Below, piece by piece: positions 1 through 12,700 of a DNA stretch of 64,000 nt (within the stretch, counting starts at the first letter, position 1; the number at the start of each line of letters is the position of its first letter). Source of the DNA: the human T2T-CHM13v2.0 reference genome, Homo sapiens; assembly GCF_009914755.1 (NCBI RefSeq), contig NC_060939.1; one strand, given 5' to 3'. Made by a program: the position numbers and the translations under genes. Below the pieces are notes generated by a model. It was not told where the DNA came from. It saw only the letters and a program-made list of their open reading frames with translations, and made no database searches.

Positions 1-1476
<1,476 letters not shown>

Positions 1477-2158
1477 ATATACATACATACATAACAAAGA
1501 AATACACCCCAAAAGGGAGCCAAGAAAAAATGGCATTTAGGATGGTCCCATAGCTCACCTTTCAGGTACTGGATATGCAATACTTGCTACTGTCTTTCAG
1601 AAATAAACTCTACAAAATGTCATGTAGGGTACAGAAATGTTTACAAGAATTGTTAGTAAACTGCCAATTTAGAGACAAACTCCATTTAAGCATTTTAGCA
1701 ATTGCTTAATAAAGTTATGTCTGATTGTTAGGAGAGCATGAAGGATCTCCATGGAAAACTCAAAATGTGTCGTATGAACTATTTACACGCTTATTCCTGT
1801 ATATTAAAGTGAAAACCATATGTTTTACACATACACAGCTATAATGTTAGACAGTATATTTTGGTGTGTACCTTGTGTTTGGAGATATGTAAAGATATCT
1901 ATAACAAAACAGTTGAATAGCATCTTGCCCACATTGGAGATAGCAGTTGTAGATCAAGTGATTGTTTTTCAGAGTAAGTAATCGGTCCCACCTACTTTAC
2001 ACACACCATTTACAGAGAAACCTTCTTCCAGATTAGGGCTTCATGTATCAGTGGCACTTACAATGACACTTTTCACAGACTGACAGAGAAGCTTAACTTA
2101 CTCAAGTAAAACAAGTAAAAACTGATTAGACTGTTTCTAGCATGTTAATATTTTCTAA

Positions 2159-2438
<280 letters not shown>

Positions 2439-3120
2439 TTATTTCTTTTCTTTACATGACTTATGAATTCATTTCTCCTTCAGTCTCATTTTCTTCAAAT
2501 ATGTGGTTTTTCTCCATTGAAGTCATTTTATTCACATGAAAATATATTTGCAAATGATAAACATATATAAAACTGGTATTTAAAACTCATGTATTTATTA
2601 ACAAATGTTTGTGTTCCTGTTGTTTTATAACTGCTAGCTCCTGCGGGAAATAAAACATACAGCAGTTTCTTTCTGCCAAGAAGCAGAATTCAGTAGGAGA
2701 TAGATAACATGTATCACCAGGTGGGGTAATAGTAGGGTGATTAAGATACAGAGTTACAAGTACAGAGTTGATATTCTCACAGTTCCAAATACAGATCGAT
2801 AGCATGATGAGGAACCCCTTTTAAATACTGTTGCAGTAGCATGACTATGTATAAGAGGCCAGCATGAGAGCAGACCAAGTTGGGGTAGGAGGGTGTCTTT
2901 GAATACTGGCCCTAGAGAATTTAAAATAATTTTTCTAGTCTTTTGAAAACTCAACAAGTAGAGACAAGTAATTTATATTTCTATCTGTTGTGTATATAAT
3001 CGTCTCTTTAGAGTTCCAGACAGCTGCTAGTGTCCAAATATGTTTTTCTAAAGAAATATTTTGTTTGTGAGTACCAACAGTCTTAGTAACTCTCTTATCC
3101 CTCTTATGTGCTGAGTACAG

Positions 3121-3144
3121 TCGGAGGAAGAGGAATTGGAGTTG
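3121..3144 (+). CDS. MEF2A: MEF2A alternative beta microexon (24 nt, SEEEELEL, acidic transactivation peptide)
   Basis: tacag|TCG GAG GAA GAG GAA TTG GAG TTG|gtgagt; phase 0/0; peptide matches the known MEF2A beta domain. Confidence 0.97.
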
Positions 3145-5129
3145 GTGAGTGTGGGTTTCTGCTTGAAGGAAGTTGAAAAAGATGTAGAAAGTACTAATTC
3201 TCTTACGTGTTGTTATCTAACCAATGTTCCCTTTGTTACACAAATTTTTTTAAACACTATTCAAACACTTTGAATAAAGCAATCTACTGGTACTACAGAC
3301 TCTAGTTTTTCTATTTATAATTGTATGTGTTGACCCATTTTATTTGTTGGAGGGAACATTGGAATAGAGCCTTTAAAAACAGTAGCTGTCCATGAGCATA
3401 GGATACTTGTTAATTTTTTTTTTAAGGAAAGATACAAAATACCTTATATAGCTCTCCAAATTATTGAAATATTTTTAGAAAATGACTTCACCCTCGAAGT
3501 TCCTCAGATTGTAACACACGATGTTGTGTTGTTTCTCTTTCAAAAAGATTACATCATTTTTGGTGAGGTCACCTTTTTCAGCGTTGGAATTATTTCATCC
3601 TGCATGATACAGCCTGAACCACAAGGGGGTTCCCTGTTTACTAAAAGGAATGTCTGTAATTGAATGTGTATATAAGTTTACTTTTCTATCAGAAGGCGCT
3701 CTTTTCTTAAAAGCAACTATTGCCCTTTTTCCAAAACAAACGTTTTCTGTTGGCTTTTCCTCTAGAAAATAAACTTGACTAAAAGCAACTTGCAGTTGAT
3801 CTATTTCTTCTTTAGGAACTAAAACCAAAACCTCACAGGAGTCATCATATAATTTCAAAGTCAGCTGCTAATTAAAGGACTTTAAGGGGAATAAAAACTT
3901 GAAAATGTTTCTTAGCATGGACAAAGGTTAAGAGTGCATGAAAGCATGGGGGAGGAAGGCATCCGTTGGTTTTAATATTCCATGTTTATGCATGCTGGTG
4001 TGTTTTGCACAGTTTGTTTTCTTTTCAAAGAAGGTTATCTGTTCCCCTTAAAATACGAGATTGTTCTTTATTTAGCTTTGTGATCACTCACAGTTTTGGG
4101 TGTAGTTTTGTATTGGCCAACTGAAATATTCTAGTCAGCTGTAAATGTTTTGAATTATATTATGAATATCTTTTGGAGAAACACTTTACTTAATGATACC
4201 ATAATGATCAGTAAATGAGAGTTTATAATTCAAGCTAAAATAATTCACCTTAGGTTAGACCTCACTGTTCAAGGAGTTGTGAATGCGTCCATGAATTATC
4301 TAGCACTATACTGCCCTCTTGTGGTTCTGAAAATCACTCACTCTTGTAGAACTCAGTGCCGTTGAGATGAGGAGCTTAGATGAGTGGAACTAGTGTTTGA
4401 AGTCTTCACTGCTTTTGAAGACATGCCAGGAGATTGCATGAAGATGATGCCATGGAGTAGGTAGGGTCCAGGCCAAACTATGTCATACTGTATTCTTTCA
4501 CCTAGTGATTGGACTTATGAAGTTCCAGACTAAATATTAAAGAAGAAATTAAGTCCAAAGTAGATCTCTATCTCGAAAAGTCATTAAATTTATAAACTTG
4601 ATGCTGAGACTAAAATATATTCCGAACTGGCATACATTGATTTTCCACATTCCTCAGAGTACATCTGTAATTACAGAACCTCAGAGATAAATATATTAGG
4701 TCCTTGAAGACTTTAAAATACATACCTAAAAACTTATAAACAGCCATTTATATTATTTAAAACTTAATCAATTAAAAATGCAGAACTTTATGTGCCAGAA
4801 CCAAAATATAATCAGAAGCACAGTCCGTTACAACTTAGAAAGTTGTTCAACTTGCCTTGAGCTCTAAAGTATAATTGTGGATGACTCTGATCCGAAGTGC
4901 AGAAGGACAGGTGCCCTGGGGCCTGCACTAAAGACTGTACTGTTAAGACCAGCGACAGATTCCTTTAGAAGCCGAGCAATACTAGAACAACTTGACTTCA
5001 TGAAAGCTGCAGTAGACTAGGCTATGGATTAGAAGGAATAAAAATATGTATCTTTTTTCCCACCAGTTATATAGAAATTTGGGACAGAGGGTTTCTTAGG
5101 ACAATAAGGATATTATCTTATATTTGTGT

Positions 5130-5310
5130 AGTACTTCAGTTATGAAAGCACTTCTGACATAGTAACCTCATTTGATTCTCACAGTAGCTGTGCAAGGCAG
5201 CCAGGACAAAGATTGCTATATCTTCTTTATTTGACAATGAAGAAGTTCAGAGAGGTCAAATTATTTTCCCAATGCCTAGGAAATGGTGAATCTGGGACAG
5301 AAACTCAGGC
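5130..5310 (-). mobile_element. MIR SINE (degenerate)
   Basis: Reverse MIR core-like GAAGTTCAGAGAGGTCAAATTATTTTCCCAA. Confidence 0.55.
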
Positions 5311-6487
5311 AATACATCCACATCCACATGATCTTTCTCACATCTTCTAACCTAGGTTAGAAAGTAGAAATTAAAAAGAAATAAACTGAGATCAGGATCC
5401 TCATCGAATGTTCGTAAGTGTCTACATCTAGCCAAAGGCCTTTTTGTCTGATGTACCCTTTTGAAAATTGTGATAGAGAAAATGGAATCACATTCTAACT
5501 CTTCATAATCTCAAAGGCACTGAATTATACTTTACTGATTTGGCTCAGACCCCCGAATGTCAGTTATCAGGCTGTAACATAATTTATAAAAAACAAATAG
5601 AGTTGTGCTGTGGCTTTCTTATGTGCTAGTGACACAGAGTCTGTTGTGTTCCTCTGATCTTTGATTTTCAAAAACCGTTACCTTAAGCCAGTTTGGCGAG
5701 AAACTGCTTCTGTCGTACTCCTACACGTTAAGGACAATGACTATCTTAGACTAACTGGATTATTTAATAGTTGAATTTTTTTTATCCATTCCCAGCATGG
5801 ATAGGATGCTACACAGATGCATCCAGTTGGCAAAAAGCATTTAATATTGCTCTTCCACTGCCCTGTCGGCAGTACTTGATTCAAAATTCTCTACTCAAAG
5901 CCTCTGCTACAGAAGGCCAGGGGACTATGAAGGGATACATGTCCGAATCTGTTGTTAAAAAATAGGTCAACTGCATGATTGGAGAGAAAGAAATAAGAAT
6001 ACAAGTTGCACCCAATAAGCCATGACTTCAAACCGTGTTAACACGTAAATAATACCGCAAAGAAAAGTAGTTTTGATTCCTATACTCATAGACGTACAAT
6101 CCCTATATATACAGATGACCTTTGCCATCATCAGGTATTTAAAACCTACACATACTTCATTTAGGGGAGTCTGACAGTATTTGTAGTGGCATCAAGTCCT
6201 CATTTTGTGCAACAAATAGAAGTGCTAATGCCTGTAACAGAAGTTCCTATTTTAACGTGGGGTGTCTGACATTAATCAACTATTTTAAAAGAATTAATGT
6301 AAAAATAGGACCCTTCAAATTAAATATTTAGTTATTCTCACTAGTATTTTTGAAGTTTTCACATCATCAGTGCTTCAGAAAATGACAGTCATATGAAACT
6401 GTGAAAAATGTCACTTAAATTGAAAGTGATTTTTAAGTCAACATAAATACCACATCAGAACACATTTTCTCTTTTTTGATCTCACAG

Positions 6488-6614
6488 AACACCCAAAGGA
6501 TCAGTAGTTCTCAAGCCACTCAACCTCTTGCTACCCCAGTCGTGTCTGTGACAACCCCAAGCTTGCCTCCGCAAGGACTTGTGTACTCAGCAATGCCGAC
6601 TGCCTACAACACTG
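6488..6614 (+). CDS. MEF2A: MEF2A coding exon (127 nt; NTQRISSSQATQPLATPVVSVTTPSLPPQGLVYSAMPTAYNT), transactivation domain with the two p38 MAPK TP sites
   Basis: Polypyrimidine tract + cacag acceptor, ACTG|gtgagc donor; peptide recognised as MEF2A; phase 0 to 1. Confidence 0.97.
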
Positions 6615-8374
6615 GTGAGCCTGCTCTGGTGCCTTCCGTAGGTTTTACCGCTCTCTGTTTTGTGATCAACGTGTGCTTCTGTGATTTTTTTTAAGTATAT
6701 TTATTGAAATAAACTATTTCCAGTTTTTTAGATTTAAATTAGGATGTATTTTTCAATGTGCTAGCCTTGAAAAAATTACAAACAAAATGGATAGTGTGGA
6801 TAGTGCGATGAGTAAGTTATTCCGGCTTCTCCAGTGTGAACTTTCACTTAACCCCTGACACAAAGCCACGTGGATGATAGCAAAATGGTGACATGCATCA
6901 AGCCAAGAGGGGAGCAGCCTGTTGCTTGAGTATTGCTGATGTAGTTTCTCTTCATACAGTATCACGCTTTTCCAGGCTTTTAAAATAAGATGTTTGTCTT
7001 TATGCTGTGTTAACCTGCTTTGGGAAAGACATGAATCCCTTTGGACCTGAGACTTCAGGAGGTGGCCGACGTTTGGCTGTGTCGAACAGGCTGTTTTCCT
7101 CCCTGTAACCACTAGCTTGGTCCATGTCATGTGCACCTGAGGGGCAAAACAAGGGCTGTTCTGATTTCTCCTCGGAGCCAGTCACTCTGCCTTTGAGGGG
7201 AGCTTTTCCTTCATTTATGTTTATTTAGGCATTTCATCTTAAAATGCCCTAATTTGGGGTTGTATTAGGAAAGTTTAAGAATATTACAGTGATTGTAGGA
7301 GTGCTTTTAGCCAAGCAGACTGTATGGAGAATCGAGGGCAGCTGGTTTCATTTAAATTTACCAATCTAAGAAGGAGTGGAAAACACATGTGGTTTCGCTT
7401 TCTCATCAGCTGAGCCAAACACCTGATGCTTCAGAGGAAGACGGCAGTAGTTCAATTCTCCCTTGCCCATTACTCAGAGACTGCAATGCAGAGAAGTTAT
7501 TATGATTCTCCTGAGTGTCATAAGTAGACTGTGGTAAAGATGGTCTGATTTTAGCCTTCAGGGTAAATGCTTTGGCACAGAACTTTGAAACTGCTGTCCG
7601 CAGCTACGTGAGGGGACAGAGCGTTGATAACATTTGATTGCCACTTGAATTCTAAGAAGTTCTTTTAAAACAGAATCAACAATAAAAGGTTTTATTGAAA
7701 AAAAAAAAGCCTCTTAGGAAATATCCATTACTTTTCCAACCGTTAGTGTGAAAAATAATGCCCAAATTTGTCAGCTGCATACTATCTTAGGGATTGTGAA
7801 TCATAGCCTGTTATTAGTGCCTTGCACAGAACAAGGTTCCAGAGTAAAGCCAGGGATGAAGCATTCATAGAAATTCTGTTTCGACGCATTGATCACCTGC
7901 TCTGTGAGAGACTGTACTAGGGACATAGCTTTCTCCAAGTTTATTCCAAGTGAGGAGGCAGGACATACCTAAGTGGGTAACCGTGGAGGGGAAGTCCTGA
8001 ATTGTTGTGATTGTGAATTTATACTCTGAGAATTGAGAAGGGAGGGCAAAGCTATACTGTTCAAAGGTGTATTGGCTGAGAAGAGGGAGCTTGAACTGGG
8101 TGTCAGATTATGGTTTACTGACCGTTTCATTACAGGTTTTTCAGTATACTTAGAAATTCCACTATACTTATTTTTAGAAATGCCATTGAATTGGGAATTT
8201 ATTTTTTAAAAGTATAAAAGAAATTACCAAAGCATATAAAAATGGAGGCAGGCTCTCAAAATCATCAGTCGCTTAGCGTCAGTCTCATGCCACCTTTTGA
8301 CCGACTTTATCTTTCTTCTCTTTCTCGTAACACTTACTCTGTTTGAAGTTTACCATGTTGTTTTTAACTTATTT

Positions 8375-9310
8375 CCACATCTATTCAGCAAATATTTATC
8401 AGGCAGCTGCTGTGTGGCAGGCACTGTGCCAGGCACTGGAAATGCAGGAGTGCAGTCAGCAGTGAAGCCTGGGGGGAAGGCACAAGACACACAGCTCTAG
8501 GGATAAGCTGCTGCAGTTGTGTCAAGGGCTGTGTCTCAGCTCGGACAGGAAGGAACATGCGTGACTCAGCCAGGCAGAGGAGGCAGAGTGCTCTTGGGAG
8601 AGGGTGTGCCCGTACAAAGGCTAGGAGTTTGCGGGCGGGACGGGGCTGAAGGAATGGGGACAGAGCGTGGGTGGTTAGAATTGAGACTAGAGAGGTAAGT
8701 AATGATTTGTAGACTATGTCAAGGATTTTGGAAACTGTCCGGAGAGCATTGGGGAGCCATAAAAAACTTTTGAAGTAGAGGAGTGCCATGACCATATTTG
8801 TTATTTTAAAAAGATGTCTTTGCTGTATATAGGGTTAAAAGGCAATGCCAGGAAGCCACATCAGAGGCTACTGTAGTGGTCCAAGCAATGGGTGCTGATA
8901 GCATAGACTAGAGAGGTGGCAGTAGAGATGGTGAGACCTGGGCAGGCTTGAGAGAGAGCAGATAGAATTGCTCAGACCTGGAAATTGATGTTGGGAGTGA
9001 GAGGGAAGGGAAGTAGCAAGGATAACACCCATGGGCTTCTGCACGAGCTGCTGGGTGCATGTTGGTGCCATGTACTAAGAGTACTTAAGGAGGAACAGGT
9101 TTGCAGGAAAGGATGGGCCATGTCAGATGTGTGGCGTTTGGAGTGGCGTCCAAATGGACATGGCACTAGGTCGTTTAAAAGATCTAGAGGTCGAAGGAGA
9201 CTGTGGGCCGGAGGGAGCACTGGGGAAGGCGTCAGTGTGACGGGTCCTTGCCCGAGCCCATGGGAGTGTATAGAATGACAAGGGCAGAGTCAGGACAGCC
9301 CTGAGCACCA
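8375..9310 (-). mobile_element. L2 LINE 3' fragment
   Basis: Reverse L2 terminus ATTCAGCAAATATTTAT...TGTGTGGCAGGCACTGTGCCAGGCACTGG followed by purine-rich L2 body. Confidence 0.75.
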
Positions 9311-9878
9311 GCTGTGTCGCTTCAACTCCGTTCCTTTTTTAAAATGTTAATTCACTAGGAAGACCAATTTCTTTAAACACCTCTCTTGAGACATGAGAAA
9401 GAAGATAAAAGTAGAAGAGTTTTGCCACCTCTCTTTGGAACCAAGTGAGAAAGACAAGTGTTAATGATGAGCTGAAATAACTCCCCGTGTGAGTGATAAC
9501 TAACGTCCTAAATCTTGGTCCCAGTGATTACGACTGAAGCATTCATATGATATGAGCTGGGTATACTCTAGGACACCGAGTTTTTTCATGAAGTTGAAAC
9601 TCTTGCATGCTGTCAGGGAGTTTGCGACAGTCTAGGTACTTTAAACAAATGCGCTTACTAATTGTGTAATGATGTCACTGAGCTTGGCACCCCATGTAGG
9701 GATTCTGTCTTTCCTGTCCCCTATTCCCTGTCCCCCAACCCCTTGCTTCATTAAGACTTGCTGATTCAAACTCACTCTGGTTGAGGTTGAGTGTTTCTCT
9801 TTGTTCCAAAGGGTAGTGGCAGGCATATTTAAAGTAACAATTGTACAGAACACTCTTTAATGATGGCCTCTTATTTGA

Positions 9879-10389
<511 letters not shown>

Positions 10390-10392
10390 TAG

Positions 10393-10519
10393 ATTATTCA
10401 CTGACCAGCGCTGACCTGTCAGCCCTTCAAGGCTTCAACTCGCCAGGAATGCTGTCGCTGGGACAGGTGTCGGCCTGGCAGCAGCACCACCTAGGACAAG
10501 CAGCCCTCAGCTCTCTTGT
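10393..10519 (+). CDS. MEF2A: MEF2A penultimate coding exon (127 nt; DYSLTSADLSALQGFNSPGMLSLGQVSAWQQHHLGQAALSSLV)
   Basis: cttcctttgtag| acceptor, CTTGT|gtgagt donor; phase 1 to 2, joins both flanking exons in frame. Confidence 0.97.
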
Positions 10520-11639
10520 GTGAGTAACTAGAAGTTTTCCCTGCATCTTTACTCCTGGCCTACACACTCTCTTTTCCTATCAGTGACAGCCTTTTGCTCT
10601 GTTGAGTTTCGTGTGAGGAATCCTGTAATGATTCCTTTTCAGGTAGATACAAGTGTCGGGAGAAAATATTTTCTTACATGGCTCTAGACAGTAGCTTGGA
10701 TACTGACAAACTAGGCATTCCTTGAAGGGATTTGGGGAGCAAGGCTTCTCCCATAGGGACATCCTGAGGTAGAGAGACTCAACCAGGATCTGAAGGGGTC
10801 TGAAGGCACAGATACCACCCGCATGCACCATCCTTCTGCCCTCTGACCAGTGATGAAGCTGCCTACTGCACCCCTGCTCCCAAGCACCTGCCTCTGGCTG
10901 CACTGCTTGAAAGGCAGCCTGTAGGCATTCAGGCCTCCCTGCCACCCTTGCCATTGACTGCTTTGGTGAGTATCTGTAGACAAGAATAGGAAGACAAGCT
11001 GGACCTTTTGCTTTCTCCCTGGGCCACAGGGAAGGAAAACTGGGGACAGGGTGTCTTATATATCAGTCAGGCTCCATAGGATTTGTGTGACTGATCCCAG
11101 CCCAATGCACACACCAAACCTCATTCACAAAGAGAATGTTCCGTATGGGCAGGGTGTAAGGATATAAGCAAAGAGGATTTACAGTGGCGCCCAGATGAGG
11201 CCAGACATCCCTGACGGCCGGGAGAAAGAACAGGGCTTTTGTGGAACCAGGATGACAGCAGACCCATGGAGCAGTTGGAGGAGAGTGTCCCAAGAGAGGG
11301 GACAACATAGCAGACCCAGCTGGCCTCCATGAAGACTGGCTGCCTTGCCTGTGCTCTGGGCAGTAGGAATACCCCAGGCCCCTAGCCTCTGCCCAGGAAG
11401 TCCCCAGAGAGCCTGAGCTCAGCAGTCCCTTTCCCTCATCCATTCTGAAGTAACTGCACAGTGAGGATTGTTGTCAGTGGTCTTCTTAGGAATTATGTCA
11501 TGGAAAAAGCAGCAGAGTATCTCAGGGAAATTTGCCTACACAGGATTTGGCCCTCAGGCCTGTCCTGAGCATCCTAAATGAATGCACTAAAAATAGTCCT
11601 GGAAAAGCAAGTGGAAAGGGCTCAGAGCCCAGGCCCGGG

Positions 11640-11770
11640 GAACAGCCTGTTTGCGTCCTCCTCTACTGCTCTCAGCCAGCCCCTCATTTCCTCATCTGGA
11701 AAATGGGGATGGTGCGACTTGCACCTTAGAGGTGTTGCGAGGATGAGCGATGTTGTGCCCTGTCACAGGG
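11640..11770 (+). mobile_element. MIR SINE
   Basis: CCTCATTTCCTCATCTGGAAAATGGGGATG core. Confidence 0.7.
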
Positions 11771-12148
11771 CCAGAGCAGATGGGGAGCAGATGCTGAGGA
11801 AGAAGAGGCGGTGAGCAGATGAGGCTGCTGTTCCTCTGTCTTTCTGGTCCCTGCACAGCATGAAGACACTGACATTGTTTTGTATACTTTAGCTGCAAAA
11901 GTACCAACGTTGTGGGTAACAGAACCAAGTAACGTAAGGGCTCAACGGTACTGTTTTCTTTCCTCCTAGGAAGATGGGATTTCCTTTTGTGCCAAGCACT
12001 GAAGGAAACGACCCAAACCAGTCTTGGGGAACTCTGATAAGATTTCAGACTCTGGGCCCTTTTCCATCAGGCAGTGTCTCTACTGTATCATCCCAGTTTT
12101 GCAGAGGTACTTGCAAGCCATCTGACCTCTCTCTTTTTTTTCCTTCAG

Positions 12149-12261
12149 TGCTGGAGGGCAGTTATCTCAGGGTTCCAATTTATCCATTAATACCAACCAA
12201 AACATCAGCATCAAGTCCGAACCGATTTCACCTCCTCGGGATCGTATGACCCCATCGGGCT

Positions 12262-12298
<37 letters not shown>

Positions 12299-12530
12299 GC
12301 CGCCACCACCGCAGCCCCAGCCACAACCCCCGCAGCCCCAGCCCCGACAGGAAATGGGGCGCTCCCCTGTGGACAGTCTGAGCAGCTCTAGTAGCTCCTA
12401 TGATGGCAGTGATCGGGAGGATCCACGGGGCGACTTCCATTCTCCGATTGTGCTTGGCCGACCCCCAAACACTGAGGACAGAGAAAGCCCTTCTGTAAAG
12501 CGAATGAGGATGGACGCGTGGGTGACCTAA
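12149..12530 (+). CDS. MEF2A: MEF2A last coding exon (gamma region with IKSEPISP, polyQ/polyP, C-terminal NLS KRMR, stop TAA)
   Basis: ttttttttccttcag| acceptor; translates ...[39 protein letters not shown]11P5...[11 protein letters not shown]. Confidence 0.98.
12264..12296 (+). repeat. MEF2A: (CAG)11 coding trinucleotide repeat followed by CCG/CCA proline codons
   Basis: 11 uninterrupted CAG counted. Confidence 0.97.
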
Positions 12531-12615
12531 GGCTTCCAAGCTGATGTTTGTACTTTTGTGTTACTGCAGTGACCTGCCCTACATATCTAAATCGGTAAAT
12601 AAGGACATGAGTTAA

Positions 12616-12700
12616 ATATATTTATATGTACATACATATATATATCCCTTTACATATATATGTATGTGGGTGTGAGTGTGTGTGTATGTGTGGGTGTGTG
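12616..12700 (+). repeat. (TA)n/(TG)n low-complexity tract in proximal MEF2A 3'UTR
   Basis: ATATATTTATATGTACATACATATATATA...GTGTGAGTGTGTGTGTATGTGTGGGTGTGTG. Confidence 0.8.

Noticed and set aside
3311-3320. Relaxed MEF2-like site CTATTTATAA (and CTAAAAATAC in Alu linkers)
   Set aside because: Expected by chance in AT-rich intron, or simply part of the Alu consensus.
12228-12539. Antisense ORF with poly-Leu
   Set aside because: It is the reverse complement of the MEF2A CAG exon.
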